Of a DNA stretch of 64,000 nucleotides, positions 63,241 to 64,000 are shown piece by piece. The translations under genes and the position numbers were made by a program. The notes beneath the pieces were generated by a model. The model was not told where the DNA came from and did no database searches. It was given only the letters and a program-made list of their open reading frames with translations. This DNA comes from Octopus sinensis (Eukaryota). How positions within the stretch are numbered: position 1 is the stretch's first letter; each line of letters starts with the position of its first letter. Location of the stretch: the NCBI RefSeq assembly GCF_006345805.1, contig NC_042999.1, forward strand, positions 88,474,001-88,538,000, in the 5' to 3' direction.

Positions 63241-64000
63241 GTGCACCTATATATGAGTGTGTGTGCGTGTGTGTGTGGACATGTGTATGTGTGTGTGTGT
63301 GTGTGGACATGTGTATGCATGTGTGTACACATGCTTGTGCACATGTGTCTCTATGCACGTGCATATGTGTCTGTCTATGTATGCATGTGTGTGAATGTGT
63401 GTTATGAATATTGTGCTGTTCATTGATTGATATTCACAGAGGAATATGTATATCTATTGGTTTGTCGTTTCCTAGTACTCTTTATCCCTAATACGTGCTT
63501 ACAATTAAAGTTATGCAAATAACTTTTAGTCTTCTTGCTAAACTACTCAGACATGTGCATTGCCTATTAAGTTTGCAGCAGACTTAATTTTCATATTTTA
63601 AAACCTAGAGATTTTTAGAGAGATTTTTAATATTTAACATAAGATTGGAAAATGTAAGATTTTTATCCATATAAGATGCTTATGTAGTCACAGAGATTTA
63701 TATTCTGGAAGGAAAAACCTAAGATATTAATATTCATGCCTTTCCCATGAGGCATTAGTATCAAAACAGAAGTAAAATCTTTAGAATAAGAGATTAAAGT
63801 CTAGTGGGAAATTCAGCTTCCCGGACAGTTTTTTTTTTTACTCTGTAGTGTAGACCACCCTATGAAATATTCAAAGGAACGTCTATATGACTGCTCAGCC
63901 CATTATGATTAGCTGGCAAATCTCACTAAAATCACTGCTTATCATCTTAAAAGGAGCAAGATATGTTGGCTAATGTAGTCCTGGATGAACTATATCTGAG

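Noticed and set aside
1-64000. CRISPR arrays, rRNA or true tRNA genes, prokaryotic operons
   Set aside because: None seen. The repeats are microsatellites or TE copies, and the tRNA-like boxes belong to SINE heads.

Overview
AT-rich, microsatellite-dense eukaryotic DNA. The SINE, piggyBac-MITE and Penelope families look like those I recall from coleoid cephalopods (most likely Octopus; an inference, no database search). Most computed ORFs are microsatellite artefacts. Supportable content: (1) two young Penelope-like retroelement insertions (RT-thumb + GIY-YIG), both folded back into long inverted repeats; (2) minimal hammerhead ribozyme (HHR) motifs, four of them with the compensatory U3-A8 core (UUGAAAA instead of CUGANGA) in two unrelated families, plus several CUGANGA-type relics; (3) a 2.1-kb deleted piggyBac, with a related MITE elsewhere in the window and a 316-bp piggyBac with TTAA TSDs; (4) a Hsmar1-like mariner pseudogene, a Tc1/mariner deletion derivative, a hAT MITE with a perfect 8-bp TSD, R4/Dong-type RLE LINE fragments in (TAA)n arrays, an RTE fragment, Helitron/HINE-like pieces and many SINEs; (5) candidate exons of a + strand host gene whose N-terminus may be PB1/ubiquitin-like; (6) a 98-bp spacerless palindrome. 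The main theme is a recurring architecture: fold-back Penelope-type cassettes carrying small, probably dimer-dependent hammerheads and landing in (TA)n tracts, probably inside host introns.
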